Shown here: positions 14,093 through 27,410 of the stretch, one piece after another
Layout: every line of letters starts with the position of its first letter
Numbering within the stretch: position 1 is the first letter of the stretch
Assembly: GCA_026026165.1 (NCBI GenBank)
Contig: JAPEUD010000055.1
Coordinates: 62,001 to 126,000 of the forward strand
Origin: Sarea resinae
Lineage: Eukaryota
Length of the DNA: 64,000 nt
Direction: 5' to 3'
Notes under the pieces: model-generated
What the model was told of the DNA's origin: nothing
Database searches by the model: none
Seen by the model: the letters and a program-made list of their open reading frames with translations, nothing else
Translations under genes and position numbers: made by a program

Positions 14093-14966
14093 CCTGCGGT
14101 GATAGAGCGCGAGCCTTTGACGGACTCCGCTTGATAAGACGCTCGACCACGAAAGAGGGTTGATTTTGGTGATGCCCGCGGAAGACGCCGCGGACTTGGG
14201 AATCCACGATTCAAATCCTGATAGGAAAATGGACAAGATCGCCAAAAGCGCAGCGCCTACACTTATGAGGTTAGCTGTCTTCGTGGCTGTTGATCGAGAC
14301 GGCCGAAAAAGGCAGAACGCCACCTAGTCTTCGAGATGAAAGATGTCGAAAAGGCAAGGCTTCGTTCGCCGAGCCGAGTATGCCCGAATGGCGTTGAAGA
14401 CAACCTGATATGAACCTTTAATGTTGTAATGAGCGCAAGGGAATCGGAGAAGAGGTGGTGATGATTAAGGACAGTAATGAGATGATCTATGGACAGAGTG
14501 TTAAGAAAGGATTCGTATTGTCATCATCATCATCATTTCAAGGCGCTGACGCCTGCCCCCCGGGCTTCCTATTCGTCCCGCCTATTGATACGTCCTCCAC
14601 TACGTAAGTCACGACGGGGTGACTAAAGAGCCGGCGGCCGCGGACGATGGCACGCGGCCGCATATCTTATCAGATCGTCTACGACAGACGACAGAGACCT
14701 AGCCAGGGATCAGAGAAAAACACACGTGCTGTGTACGGCACCACAAGGAGACCTATATGGTAACCTGCCTGACCGGCCCGTGGAGAGACGCATGGATACC
14801 GTCACAACACCATCGTTATAACATCAACACCATTTGTTGTTGGCGGCCATACTCCAAGGATGATCAATCTCGGCCATGCCTCGCTCTGCAATAAGATCTG
14901 CTGAAGCTGCCGATATACCCTATCCGGAGCGCTCTCTGTGAGGGAACATACGGAATCCATCCTTTC

Positions 14967-15014
14967 ACCACCCCCCGCATAGGACCCCACCCCCCGCATA
15001 GGACCCCACCCCAC
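14967..15014. repeat. Short tandem duplication (CCACCCCCCGCATAGGACC-like unit, ~2 copies) just upstream of the SPO7 ATG
   Basis: Direct reading: ...ccccccgcataggaccccaccccccgcataggacccc... Confidence 0.85.
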
Positions 15015-15038
15015 CTTTAGTCTTCTCGCTCACCACCA

Positions 15039-16709
15039 ATGTCGTCGAAACTGGACCAGATAGTCAAAGGTGCTCCGTCGCCCAATGCGCCAGTTCCAAT
15101 TGCACACCCCACCATTCCGCCGCAAAACTTGTCATCAGCTTCAACATCACGCAAAACGACCAATCCTCCGCTCACACCCACCGACCCCATCTCCACCCTT
15201 CCCTCCTCTCCGCCACAGATCTATCTCAATCTCCTGATCCTCGAGGCCTCCCTACGCGCGCAGTATCTGACTCTCCAGGCGCGACGTCGTCAGCATACCT
15301 TCTTCCTCCTGCTCCTCGCGAGCTGGATATCCTACTTCGTCTACGCGCTATTTCTACGACCACGAGAAGATGGCAGCGGCATGGGCGGAAGCGTCTACTG
15401 GGTGGTGGAGATGTTTGAAAGGATAGGGCTGCTGGGTGGTATTGTGACGGCGATATTGGTCTGGGGCACAGGGCAGTGGGAGCGCGGGGTCCGCTGGCCT
15501 CGACGCTGGATCGGCGTGGCCAATCGCGGCCTGAGGACGATGAACACCAAGATCATCATCATTAAAGGCCCATGGTGGAAGGAAATGCTCTCCCATTTGG
15601 CCTTCATATTTCCCTACTCTTCTTTCTTCCCCAGCCAAGGCTCCTCCTACCACCACATTGACCACACCCTCGACAAGCGACGAGACGCCAATATCAACCG
15701 TCAAGCCGCCGACGATGAGTCCTCGCTCATTCCCAACGAAGACCTCGCTCCAGGCGGCGATCATATCCGTCTCCTCCTCCTCCCCAAGCCCTTCTCACCC
15801 GACTTCCGCGAAAATTGGGAGACATATCGCACGGAGTACTGGGAGAAGGAAAACGAGCGGCGCGCGCACCTGCGCCAACGGCTCCACAAGCGCAAACGGC
15901 AGCTGGCCAAAGAAGCCGGCGGCTGGCTCTGGTGGACAGGCTGGCGTGGCTGGAGCCGTGCGAAAAGTCTAGGTGGCCGCGGCGGCGCAGCCGGCGATCT
16001 AGAAAGAATGCACTCGCACCGCCATCACCACCACGCCAGCGAAAAGGACCCCATCGCCCGCAATCGCACCCTCGGCGTCCCAGGCCGTTCCGGATCCCAG
16101 TCCCGCTCGCGTGCCTCGTCGCGTAGTTCCACGTCCGGCCCTCCCGATCGCGAGAGCAGCACGGCTGCGTCCGGGCCCGGCGACAGGCGGCGCAGGAGGC
16201 GCTCCCCGACGGCGTCGTCGACGGCCAGTTCCACGAGCACAAGCACGGCCACAACCACAGCCACTGGGCCAACATCGGGTCGTCGCGCCCCAAGCGTCGC
16301 GCGCATGTCATCTACATCTCCGTCGTCGCGTCCCTCGACGCCGCGAGGAGGCGCCGGCGCCGGCGCCGGCGCGCCAGAAACAGCGGAGCTGCAGTCGTCG
16401 TTGTCGTCGTCGCCGCTAACGCGCGGCACGAGCCGTGTGGGCGCGTCGTCGTCGTCGTCTGCGGCAGAGCTCGAGACCGACCGTGCGGGTACTTTGGCTG
16501 GCGCTGCGGAGGATGATGGAAGTAGGCCGAGCACGAGGAGCGGGGATGCAAGACGCAGGAGCGCGCTTGCCAATTCCGGTACCACTGGTGCTCCTGGTTC
16601 TACTACCGGTGCTGGTTCTGGTATTGCGAGAGTGACTCCCCCAATCCCTCCACCAACAACAACAAACCGCAGTGGCAGCAGGACTAGGCAGAGTAGGGAT
16701 GAAGACTGA
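15039..16709 (+). CDS. SPO7: Spo7, regulatory subunit of the Nem1-Spo7 phosphatase
   Basis: PPQIYLNLLILEASLRAQYL, two TM segments, NRGLRTMN and LLLPKPFSPDFRENWETYRTEYW are Spo7-family motifs. Long Ser/Arg/Thr low-complexity C-tail. Intronless. Confidence 0.9.
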   Translation: MSSKLDQIVKGAPSPNAPVPIAHPTIPPQNLSSASTSRKTTNPPLTPTDPISTLPSSPPQIYLNLLILEASLRAQYLTLQARRRQHTFFLLLLASWISYFVYALFLRPREDGSGMGGSVYWVVEMFERIGLLGGIVTAILVWGTGQWERGVRWPRRWIGVANRGLRTMNTKIIIIKGPWWKEMLSHLAFIFPYSSFFPSQGSSYHHIDHTLDKRRDANINRQAADDESSLIPNEDLAPGGDHIRLLLLPKPFSPDFRENWETYRTEYWEKENERRAHLRQRLHKRKRQLAKEAGGWLWWTGWRGWSRAKSLGGRGGAAGDLERMHSHRHHHHASEKDPIARNRTLGVPGRSGSQSRSRASSRSSTSGPPDRESSTAASGPGDRRRRRRSPTASSTASSTSTSTATTTATGPTSGRRAPSVARMSSTSPSSRPSTPRGGAGAGAGAPETAELQSSLSSSPLTRGTSRVGASSSSSAAELETDRAGTLAGAAEDDGSRPSTRSGDARRRSALANSGTTGAPGSTTGAGSGIARVTPPIPPPTTTNRSGSRTRQSRDED

Positions 16710-16865
16710 TTCCACGCTCACCTGCTCGCGCGGGCCGGTGTGATTGTTTGCGTACCTTACCTAGGTAGGGTGGTTTGCGCAGTTGTTTATTTATTTATTT
16801 ATTTTTCTTTTTTGGCCCGGACGGGGGTTGGCACGGAAGGGTTTCAGGGTTTAGGGGGTTTTTTT

Positions 16866-17234
16866 GGGAGGGGGGGGGGGGGGGGGGGTGGGGGGGGTTT
16901 CGAAGCGGGACGAGTAGGATTATTCCACTTCCACTTACACTTTTACACGTACACGTTTAGGGTATACAGACCACCCATATATCATGCACACAGGTTCCAT
17001 TCTGTTTGATTCGGTTCAGTTAGATCTCGCTCGTAGTAGGATTCATGGGGGTGGCGGCTCGGTAAGGTAGTGAGTGAGTGCAACGCGGGGGAGTGTGGTC
17101 CCCTATTTTTTATGTCGAGAAGTCTGGATGATTTCGGTCGTAGGGATAGTGGCTTATCTGCCCCTTCCTCCCTTTCCTCCTCTCTGTTCCTTCTTCCTTT
17201 CTCTCTCTTCCCTTTTCCCTTTTCTCCCTTGTAT

Positions 17235-17300
<66 letters not shown>
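16866..17300. repeat. Poly-G run (16866-16897) and long (CT)n microsatellite (~17239-17300)
   Basis: Direct reading; lies between the convergent 3' ends of SPO7 and the GH125 gene. Confidence 0.95.
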
Positions 17301-17302
<2 letters not shown>

Positions 17303-17367
17303 GGTGTCTCCCCTCTTTTCAATTCTTTCCTTTCTCGTGTGAAATCATCTCAACAAACCGCCCGAGA

Positions 17368-19303
17368 CTATTGAAAACTCATGCCTAGAATCTCCGGGAA
17401 CCGGGACTCGAGATCGAGGATCATTTGGCCGAAGAGGCCGTTGGCCCATGAGAACCTGGGTGTCATGGGTTTTAGTCCGGGTGGGGTGGAGTGAGGTAAG
17501 GTGGGTTAGGCTGCGAGAAGAAAGCGGGGAGAAGAAAGCTGCGAGAAGGAAGAGGGAAAGGAGATAAGGAAAAAGGGGGGAAAGAAGTACCATTGCCTAG
17601 TCCAGACGGATGCATTTGAGGTGGAGATGGATTCGTGGATGAGTCCTATACAAAGAGCCGCGATTATATCGTCTCGTTTAGTTGCATGCTTCGAAGAGGA
17701 AAAAAGTAATTGAAAAACCGGCATCAGACAGCGCCGAGGAATTTAAAAGCAAGGATTTTCCCAAGTCGAATGAAAGGGAGAAGAAAAATAAAAAATTCAG
17801 ACGTACCCAAGCCGTCGGTGGAGCTCAGGAGCTGCTTCAATTGGCCGACGATCTCGTCGACGTCCTCGCTCGTCGTGATGCGCACGATGCTCGCCATTGG
17901 CCACGCGAACCCCGGGCCGTCGTGCGGGCCGCCGATGGCGGAGATGATGGGGCCGGCCATGAAGTACGGGTTGGTGGTCGGCGAGAGGAGGGCGGTGCGC
18001 GTGGAGGTGTACAGGGCGGGGGACAGCGACGACGACAATGGGGAGGTGTAGAGCGGGATACTGAGGAGCGAGGGGATGTTGGCGTCGTCCATGACGTTGT
18101 AGGAAGCATAACCGTCGGTTTCGTAGGCGTAGATGGGAGTGCCGTTGGTGGCGGCCGTGGTGGTGAGGCCGTGGTTGTGGACGCCCGAGTAGATGGTGCT
18201 TGAGAGAGTGGACATCTGGGTCGCGAGGACGGACTGGTTGAGCGCCGAGACGATCGACGCGGCGGCTGAGAGGTACGAGGCGAACATCAGGTTTGACGGG
18301 ATCAGATACTGGAAGATGGTCGCGTCGTCCGAGGGCCGGAAGGACGACCGGATGAGTCCTCCATTTGCTCCAGTGAGGTTCGCAACCGGGTTCCCGAGGC
18401 CGTTGTTCTCGAGCGTTTCGGACGCGCGGGTGGTCAGGCGTGTGAAGGTGTAGGGGCTTGCGTTTACGCTTCCGTCCGGCGAGTACGTGGAGGTGGTCAT
18501 GTTGGTCGCTACGGCCATTATCGTGTTGAGGGTAGGAAGGAAGGTGGAGGAGGATGCGAAGAATGTGAGATCCGAGGTGCTGTTGTGGTAGTCGGATACG
18601 AGACGCAGATAGGCGGCTAGGCTGTCGAGTTCGAATTTGCATTCGTAGACGATGCTGGTGTTGTAGGGCGGGTAGACCGTGTCGGTCTGGGTGTTCGTGG
18701 TGGGGGACAGAGAAGATGAGGGCGGGGGTTGGAAGGCGTTGCAATAGGGCGAGGTGAGGATGTACTGCGATTGCGTGTTTATGACACTGCGGTAGAGGGA
18801 GGCCAGGGAGGACGAAGAGATAGAAGGGGTGAGGAGGGGAGCATAGGTGTGGAGTTGGGATGAAGAGTCACGGAGCCACATTGCGTTTCTTTGCTTGCGT
18901 GGATCAGTAAAACCGAGGACCAGATCTTCGAAGAGGCCATGGCTCACATATCACCTGTAATGATGAATGCCTGTTCCTCGCGGCTATCGTTAGCATATCC
19001 CTTCCATTTCACGGCTGTATCGAGCGTGTTTGGATAGGTGTTTTCGAATAGTCGAAACAGGTCAGGGTCTTTGATCGTGGTATTCAGGCGCGCGATAGTG
19101 CTTTCGACAGCAGGCAGAGTAAAGGTCCGACATGCGATTGGTGGACGCTGGTAGGAGAGGTTGTATTTTCCGGCGCTGAAGGGAGAATGAGGCTGTTGAG
19201 AGTAGGCTGAATAGTCAGGACAACCCGGGGATTGGGCGGAGACCATGCGCACAGCATGTAGAACGACGACGAGGGGAAAGGAGAAGCGGAATAAACTGAG
19301 CAT
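17368..19303 (-). CDS. Secreted glycoside hydrolase family 125 (exo-alpha-1,6-mannosidase, Mug157-like), multi-exon
   Basis: Signal peptide [91 protein letters not shown]; stop TAG at 17368-17370. Confidence 0.93.
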
Positions 19304-20477
19304 TTTGGAGAAGTCTTGCTTTGGTAGGAAGTACTTGAATAGCGCACTAGATTTTCTCATGGCCCTTGATAGACTATTGCAGCAGCAGATGTGGACATGG
19401 AGAAGAAAAGCACTTCAACAAGTACGCCCGAAACAAATGAAATGGCGCGAAGCAGAGAACGGCTTCTTAAGAGGCATTGAGCGAAGCATGATGCAATCCA
19501 TCACCAGACTCGACAGGGTCCTCCACTCTCTCTCATCAGGGTTCATGCTGCAAGCAATTGAACGGTCAGGCACGGGGCATATGCAGAGGTCGTGCAGTGC
19601 AAGGTTCGGGTCCTGCTGCGGGGAACCTGGGGAAGAAGGACTCGAGCGATAGGAGGGATAAGGGGGCCATCCATGACATGGTGCCCCGTGCGATGCCGGC
19701 CCGGCCATCGATCTCTTGCTTGGTGTCCGGCTCCATCTTGATGCTTTCTGCACATCTGGATATCTTTCAGTAAGGTATGCAGATACTTGATCAGTAGGAA
19801 TCAGACTGGGACTCGTAGGAATTGGATGAGTTCGAACATCGTGACTGCGACTTCATGTTGCTCGATGTTGCCTGCGACGGTGACGTGCCCGCGCATTCGC
19901 TTCGGCATCCCTGCCTTCCATTGCCTTATCGACGCTTTCATCCGTACGCATACTCGGGCTTCATCCGCTGATGTGTTTGATATCCCACTCTTGACCTCCA
20001 GACGCTATGAGCAGAACAATCTCATCCTCGCCTCGATGCTACTGAGAGTAACAATGACTCGTCATGGTAGACAGTAGAGGTTCTCGGTCATGAATGTCTA
20101 TCAAAGAAGTCGCCTCCCTTGCAAGTGCTAGACACCCGGAGATGGTCTCGAGTTCAGACCACGACTGACTGACACTTTCATTCACCACGAGAATGAGTCT
20201 GAACCGAGCAATAGCACATCGGCGGTAGCATTTGAGTCGTCTTCTTGCTCCGCTCGCTCTCTCACCATCACAGGCAGAGCACGCATGAATTGAGCTGAAG
20301 CTCCTCCAGCTCGACGACCGCTACCCCTCATTGATCTGAAGATACGCAATCGCATCAATCCGAGCACAGTCTTTCGGGGTATCCAGACTACCTCTCCGTT
20401 TCCTCAGTTGAAGTACTGTCACACTGGCATCCTCGTTCGTCCGCCGACCATCCTGTTCGCTCCAGACCATCATCGCC

Positions 20478-21512
20478 ATGCCGGCCACCACGGAAACCTC
20501 GTCTCACCCGTCAGTCCATCCCTGGAACTTGCGTGTTCCTTCGCTCCCACACATCACCATCCCTCCTGCTTCACTCGACAAGAATGGCCGTTCCGTCCTC
20601 ACAATCAATCGCCCTTCTCTGGTTGGCGGCATGGCCTCCAAGTTCGCCAACTCCGAGTTTCTGAACGTGGTCACCAATGGCAACTTCACCGTGGCCAATA
20701 TGATGCTTGAGTGGAGGTACGAATGGCGACGCCGAGCGCAGAAGATTCTACCGTTTATATACCTCGGGCCCTACTCGGCGACGAAGGACCGGGACTTCCT
20801 ACGGGAAGAGGGCATCACGCTTCTACTCGCCGTCCGAGACACCAAGTCCGCCCAGGCGAAGCTGCTGAATAGCAGCCAGGTGGCAAGCGAATTGGGCATT
20901 CAGTATGACACGGTAGATGTACAAGGGCCTCAGGAACTTATTGCAGCTTTCTCTCGCGCCATTGAAATCATCAACACTCACCTCTATGACGTCTTTACGG
21001 CGCAGAAGCTGAACCGAGTGGAGAATGGGAATGCTCAATTTGGCCGAAGCACACAACCCTCGGTACCAGGAAAAGTCCTCGTGTTTTGTGAAGGCGGAAA
21101 TGAGAGATCCGCTGCCGTAGTGGCTGCTTACTTGATAACAATGTACGAGTTGAACTTGGTGCAGGCAATTCAGCTCATCCAAGCCCAACGTTTCTGTGCT
21201 AATTTTGACGACACGATCAAGCATCTGCTGTTCAGCTACGAGGCTATCGTTCAGGCTAAGCGGGATGTCGCATCTTCCAGCAATCAACTTACTCAGCCGG
21301 CGAGCGCAAAGAATGGCCAGGATGAAGTACAGAGCAAGGCAGACATGGAGCCCATTCAAGAGAAGAAGGCGAAACGGACTCTCGAAGCAGCTTTTGAGGA
21401 GGACGCACAGATGGGAGACACGAGCGGTAATCTAGACGAGATGAGGTTTGGCCACAGAGATGGTCATGCGCCTTTTCAAGACGGGATGGTTTCCGGGTTT
21501 CCTCCCTATTGA
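20478..21512 (+). CDS. Dual-specificity protein phosphatase (atypical, STYX-related fungal family)
   Basis: EWRYEWRRRAQKILPFIYLGP, active-site loop VLVFCEGGNERSAAVVAAYL (C-x5-R present), IQAQRFCAN. Confidence 0.88.
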   Translation: MPATTETSSHPSVHPWNLRVPSLPHITIPPASLDKNGRSVLTINRPSLVGGMASKFANSEFLNVVTNGNFTVANMMLEWRYEWRRRAQKILPFIYLGPYSATKDRDFLREEGITLLLAVRDTKSAQAKLLNSSQVASELGIQYDTVDVQGPQELIAAFSRAIEIINTHLYDVFTAQKLNRVENGNAQFGRSTQPSVPGKVLVFCEGGNERSAAVVAAYLITMYELNLVQAIQLIQAQRFCANFDDTIKHLLFSYEAIVQAKRDVASSSNQLTQPASAKNGQDEVQSKADMEPIQEKKAKRTLEAAFEEDAQMGDTSGNLDEMRFGHRDGHAPFQDGMVSGFPPY

Positions 21513-21897
21513 AGCGGTCAAGGTTGAATACGGGGACTAAATGATCGAGGGATCGGGATCTAACAAAATAAAGTCGACATACGGTTCAGTTTGACTTGGC
21601 CTACTGGTGCTAATACACAAGATGTTATGGGAGGGAGTCTGAGGTGTGGTCGGCCTGCCTAATCTGCTCAAGAGGGCATCGTTGCTACTTCCCAAAATGG
21701 CAAACTCATAGCTGTGTGTTGTAAGTCAGACAGCTCGTGTCGCAATAGAATGCTGCCTTCTCCTCTGCACTGTCAACCTGTGAGAAAAAAAGGTCTTTCC
21801 ATTTCGATTTGACACATTCACGTTCTCGCTCACGCTGTAATCAACATCATTCACCTTTTGCACTGGCTACCCGCTATTGTCTCTTCATCAAGTGAAT

Positions 21898-24331
21898 ATG
21901 GCGACCAGACCATGTCCTCCAAATTCACTCCCAGACGCGTTAGGAAGGCAAATGAATGCACAAATCTTCGACTCGTCGGTTTTCGTTCTAGATCCAGCAT
22001 ACCTTGCTACACAGAGGCGACAACTTTTCGAGGGCATCAACACGCGTCAAGAATTTCCTTCGGCCACTTTAAAGCGCCAACAAATTGAAGACATGGAGCT
22101 GAGGAAGAGGATCAAGAGACCTAAAAAGTACTCGCCGGGATCTTATGATCTCGCACCTTTCACTACCAGGCAAGTTTCTGGCACGACAATCGACGAATTC
22201 GATGAATATCGTGCGGAATCTCCAGCTCAGTCGAAGGCATCGAAACCTTACAATCCTAATCTTCGTCCAGCTGCTCTGGCATCTCTGCCTCTTGATGGCC
22301 CATCACTCGTGAGACCTCCGAAATCAGCAATACCTCACGAGCCGATGAAGGCGAATGAGCATGCAACTCAACCAAGGCGGCTACAGCGAGAGAAGATGTC
22401 TTCAGAGATCATTAACGACGCTCTCAAGGCCAGCAATGGTCCAGACAACCCGATCTGGGTCAAGAACATGAAGCAACTAAAAAAGCGCGAACATTACACG
22501 GATGAAGATTGGTTCATGGATGAGATGGCAACATCTTCGGAAGAGGAAGAGGTGAGACTGTTCTCTGCTCCTTTCATACGGCTGTGCTGTATTTTGACCT
22601 TTGTGCATCTAGGAACCCAAAACAGCTGGCCCGCCTCCGACCTGGAATGACCTTTGCATCAACCATAGGCTTGGCATCCTCGACGAGCTCGGCGAGTATC
22701 AATCTCTGGACGACACCTTTGATCGCCTGGCTCTATCAACCGTTGAACGAGATCATATGGTTAATGAGATGAGACTCAGCGCGGAAAGAGAGGCAGACGA
22801 AGATGCTCGCATATTAAGGCATCAAGAAGACATGTTGAGGTTCGAGATGGCCAAAGCTCATGATAGTACCAAGCCGACACCTCAATCCACATACCATGAG
22901 ATGATCGAAAAGGGTTTGTATGGGGATCTTGAAAACATGCCGGAAGAGCTTGTTACAGATTCCGTGGAGGTCGCTAAAACTAAAAGCTACTTGAAAACTA
23001 TGGGTCTGGATCCTGAAATGGTTGATAGGTGGCTTGGGATTGCACTGTCGGCGAGTGATTTAGAAACAGAGAGTGATTTTGAAAGCGAAGCCGCTATTGA
23101 TGGGAATGAAGCCGCTGCCGGTGAGAACACAGCCGCAGATGGTGTCAGATCTGGTCCTGAGACGATAGTAGTGGCGGCCAAAGCTAGTGGAAACCCCCTC
23201 AAACCGATCTTGATCCACGAAGAGAGCATGGGACGTCATGCATCAAGCGCTCGGATCAGACGCCCTGTCCACCCCTCTGGAGGCTATTCTGACGAAACGC
23301 AAGAACGCATATTCGCCAGATTAGTAGACAACGACATCGCCTCTTTACGCGGATTATCTCCCCCCGAAGCGCTGCCAACGCCTATCACCTATGTCACGGC
23401 TCCCAAACCTCAGAAGATACCGAAACTCAAGATTCCAGAACCAGGTCGCACGAAGCCCGTCAGACGTATCATTCGCAGCTGGGGTAACAGGAGCACGGCT
23501 CCAATCACAATCGGCGAATCCGAAACCAGCTACGACGAAGGAGATCAGCCTGTGGAAAAAATTGGCAGTAGTGACAGTGAATACCACGAACCATCCCGCC
23601 GAAGAGGCCGGAATCGCCGTCCCGTGCGTGCGGGAAACTCTGTTGCTAGACCATCTCGCACTGCCCCCAGCGGAGCATCGAGAGACTTCGTCGACCTGTC
23701 TGCGTCCGGCGGTCCCCGCAAGCCATCACGAGCTCCAGCTCCTCATCAGGGACAGAAGAGTCGTGCACCTCCACGAGAAAATCCGCTGCCATCATCGCCA
23801 GGAGATACAATCGTCATCAACACCCCATCTCAAAGACTTTCAAGCACATCTCAAACCCAGGCGCTAGCAACCAGCATCACGACCCCAGGCCATCTCTTCT
23901 CAGGCTTCGATTCAATTGACTGGACGCTACGCTCGTTTCTCTCGGAAGAAGCGTCCACGTTGTCGCCGATGAAAGAGTCGACGCCGCGTAAGCGCCACGG
24001 CCAAGCGGTGGGGCAGCAGCATGGAGCATCGACAACGTCCAAAGAAGCAACGATTACTCTAGCTCCCGCCCCCGCTCCTGCTCCTGGCCCTGACGCTGGC
24101 CCTGGCCTTGGCTCCACCATCGCGGGAAATAGTCACACAGCGGACCCTCACAGACCCGCACCCACGACGACGACGAGCATATCTCACACATATTCCGCCA
24201 CCGCCGTCGGCCCGCCCGCTGCCGCTGCTGGCAGAAAGGCTGTAACTAAAAGTCGTGGTCAGCGTGGAGGCGGTCGCGTGGCAAAGAAGATAAAGAAGGA
24301 AAAGGCCCTAACGTCTTCCATGCCGAAATAG
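21898..24331 (+). CDS. Hypothetical, largely disordered protein (2 exons)
   Basis: ORFs 21877 and 22757 join in frame via intron 22552-22612 (GTGAGA..TTGAC..CTAG). No recognisable domain; basic C-terminus. Confidence 0.7.
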
Positions 24332-25310
24332 GGCGTGAGATTGCACACCCTAGCAGTTTCGCGGATGCTTTCTGTAGGAGGGTTTCAGGAAGGGAAGGAG
24401 AGGGAGGGAGGCGTGGGTGGAATGGAAGGGGTTTATTTCACCTCCCCGTCGCCCCTTGTCGTCTTTGTGCCTGTTCTCCTTTCTTTTCTCTCCTCTCCTC
24501 TCCTCTTTCCTTTTCTTTTTATTTCCTCTGCATTCGATCACTCCGATGATTCAATCACTCTAGCAAAAGGAATAGCTTCGTTGTTTGAATTAGCTTGATT
24601 GGATTCGGGGGAGGGGGTTCTGGGGGTGCTATCCTGGCTCCGTTGGTTGGTTGGTTGGCTGATAGGTTGATTGGCTAACGAGCTACAAGATCCGGGTTTG
24701 GTTTCCTTGCTCATTCGCTCATGTGCTTGGTTTGCTTGGTTGCTTCAGGAATAGGGATGGGAATAAGGGTCGGGATAGGAATAAGGATAGGGATCAGGCG
24801 TACCATAGAAACCCCCTCTCCCCAAAGACGGGATCCGTCACACAAAACAAATACCAAAAATTTCACCACGAACTACGGAACTCATGAGACACAAACCATT
24901 TCGTTCCCCTTGTTGACAGACAGACGCCTTGGGAACGATCGTGAGTGATTGGGGTCCCGGCGCGGCGCGGCGCGGCTCGGAAACGAGTCCGTCGAAGAGC
25001 TCAGGTAGGTACTGTATGTAGTCCCAGTGCACGGAAATGGTTTGGTGCAGATAAACAACCTCTTTGAATTGATGGGAAGCGTAAAAAAAATAAAAGGCAT
25101 GACCGAGCATGAATGAATGGGTGAATATTCGCTATCCCCTGAACTCCGTTTACGCCCCCTGATTCCATCCCCCTTATGCTGAGCAATCCGGGTTGAGTGA
25201 CCCTCCTGAAGAAGAAGAAAAGAACAAGAAGAAAAGAAAGAAGAAAACAAAAGGGGGGATATAAAAAACGCCTTCTGGGACGAATGAGAAAAAGAATATC
25301 ACCAATCCAT

Positions 25311-26180
25311 CTACATGCTGCCCCAGAAATAATTGGCGTAGAAGAAGCGCGAGAATTTGGGATCGATGTGGACGACGTGCACATCGCCCTTTTTCGGGTT
25401 CCGGATGATGGCTTTGTTGAAGCCGGCTCCACCCGCCACGCCGGCGCCCCCTCGATCCGCCCCGGCTGCCGCCTCAGCCGCCGCCGCAGCAGCACCAGTG
25501 CCATTTCGATCGGCAGCGCCGCCGTCGGCCTCGACGTCGATCTTGAGACTGCGGTAGATTTTGAGACGGAGCAGGGTCTCGTCCTCCATGTCGCGCTTGC
25601 TCTGCTCGGCGTCGTCGCCCTCGAGGCCCTGGGATTCGAGGTCGGCCAGCTTGGCTTGTAGGGTCAAGAGCGTGGTCGAGAGGTGGTCGTTTTCGATCTC
25701 GAGGTCGGCGGCCGTCTTGGCGAGGCGGAATTTCTGCGTGTCGAGCGAGAGGATGTGGTTCGTGTGGGCGGTGGGGGAGTGCGTCGAGGTGGTTTCGGCG
25801 TGCTGCGATTTGAGCGTCGAGAGGGTGCGCGAGAGTCCTGAGAGGGGCGCGCGTGTGTGTTAGATGGTGGGGTTCAGGGGGGAATTTGGGGGATAGGGAG
25901 GCTTGGGAGAGAGGGTGGTAGGGAAGGGGGGAGCTATTTACTTCTGAGAGCGCTCTCGGCTTCGCGCAGCCGGAGGTCGCGCGCTTGTTGCAGGGCGGAG
26001 AGGGATTCGTTGATCCGGCCAACGGCGTTCTTGTCTGGGTCGATGTTGAAGTTGCCGATGGTGTGGTGGATCAGCTGGAGGTGGGCGGCTTGTTAGCTAT
26101 GGTCGCGACGGGAGTAGGTGCTTGGATGGATGGATGGATGAGGGGCGCGTTACCGTTGCGGGATCTTCGTCGAGCAGCAT
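25311..26180 (-). CDS. SPC24: Kinetochore Ndc80-complex subunit Spc24, 3 exons
   Basis: [24 protein letters not shown], coiled coil, [14 protein letters not shown]...[31 protein letters not shown] (Spc24 RWD domain). Confidence 0.92.
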
Positions 26181-26695
26181 GGTTGCGGAGGCTTGCTTTT
26201 GTTCTTTGGTGGTGAGATGAATGTCAAAGGTTGAGGATGGTCAGGTGCTAGCGAGTGAGTGTGCTCTTAGTATTGACTGATTGCGCGAGAACAGATGGAG
26301 GACGCTGGTGAGGTTGAATACCTGATGAAGACGGTTTGGTATGGTTTGGTGTTCGCGATGTTCGGGGTTCGAAGTACACGGTTGTTGACATACTGCGGTA
26401 GATGCATCCACGTGTCGGTTGGCCGATCAACCCCATCTCGACTGAGTACTGAAGGACTGCCGGCGGGTAGCCGTGACGTATCTTACGGTGGCCAACACCT
26501 CCACCACTACTCCGGAGTAGGTCACCGTGGGACGGCCTGCACCGCCACAGCTGCTGCTGTTCACGGGTAGTGTTTCGTGACCGGTTTCCATTTCCTGTCT
26601 TGAATATCCTCAACCTGACCAGATTCTCTCCAGCGCATCGCTGTTCCGTACTTTTCTTGAGGCAGTCTCATTCACGTCTTGCTTTGATCTTCTCG

Positions 26696-27410
<715 letters not shown>

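Noticed and set aside
19245..20077. Short ORFs between GH125 and the phosphatase
   Set aside because: No motifs or consistent splice structure; probably divergent promoter/UTR sequence.
21070..21115. Catalytically dead pseudophosphatase
   Set aside because: The His before Cys is replaced by Phe, but C-x5-R is intact, so inactivity cannot be claimed.
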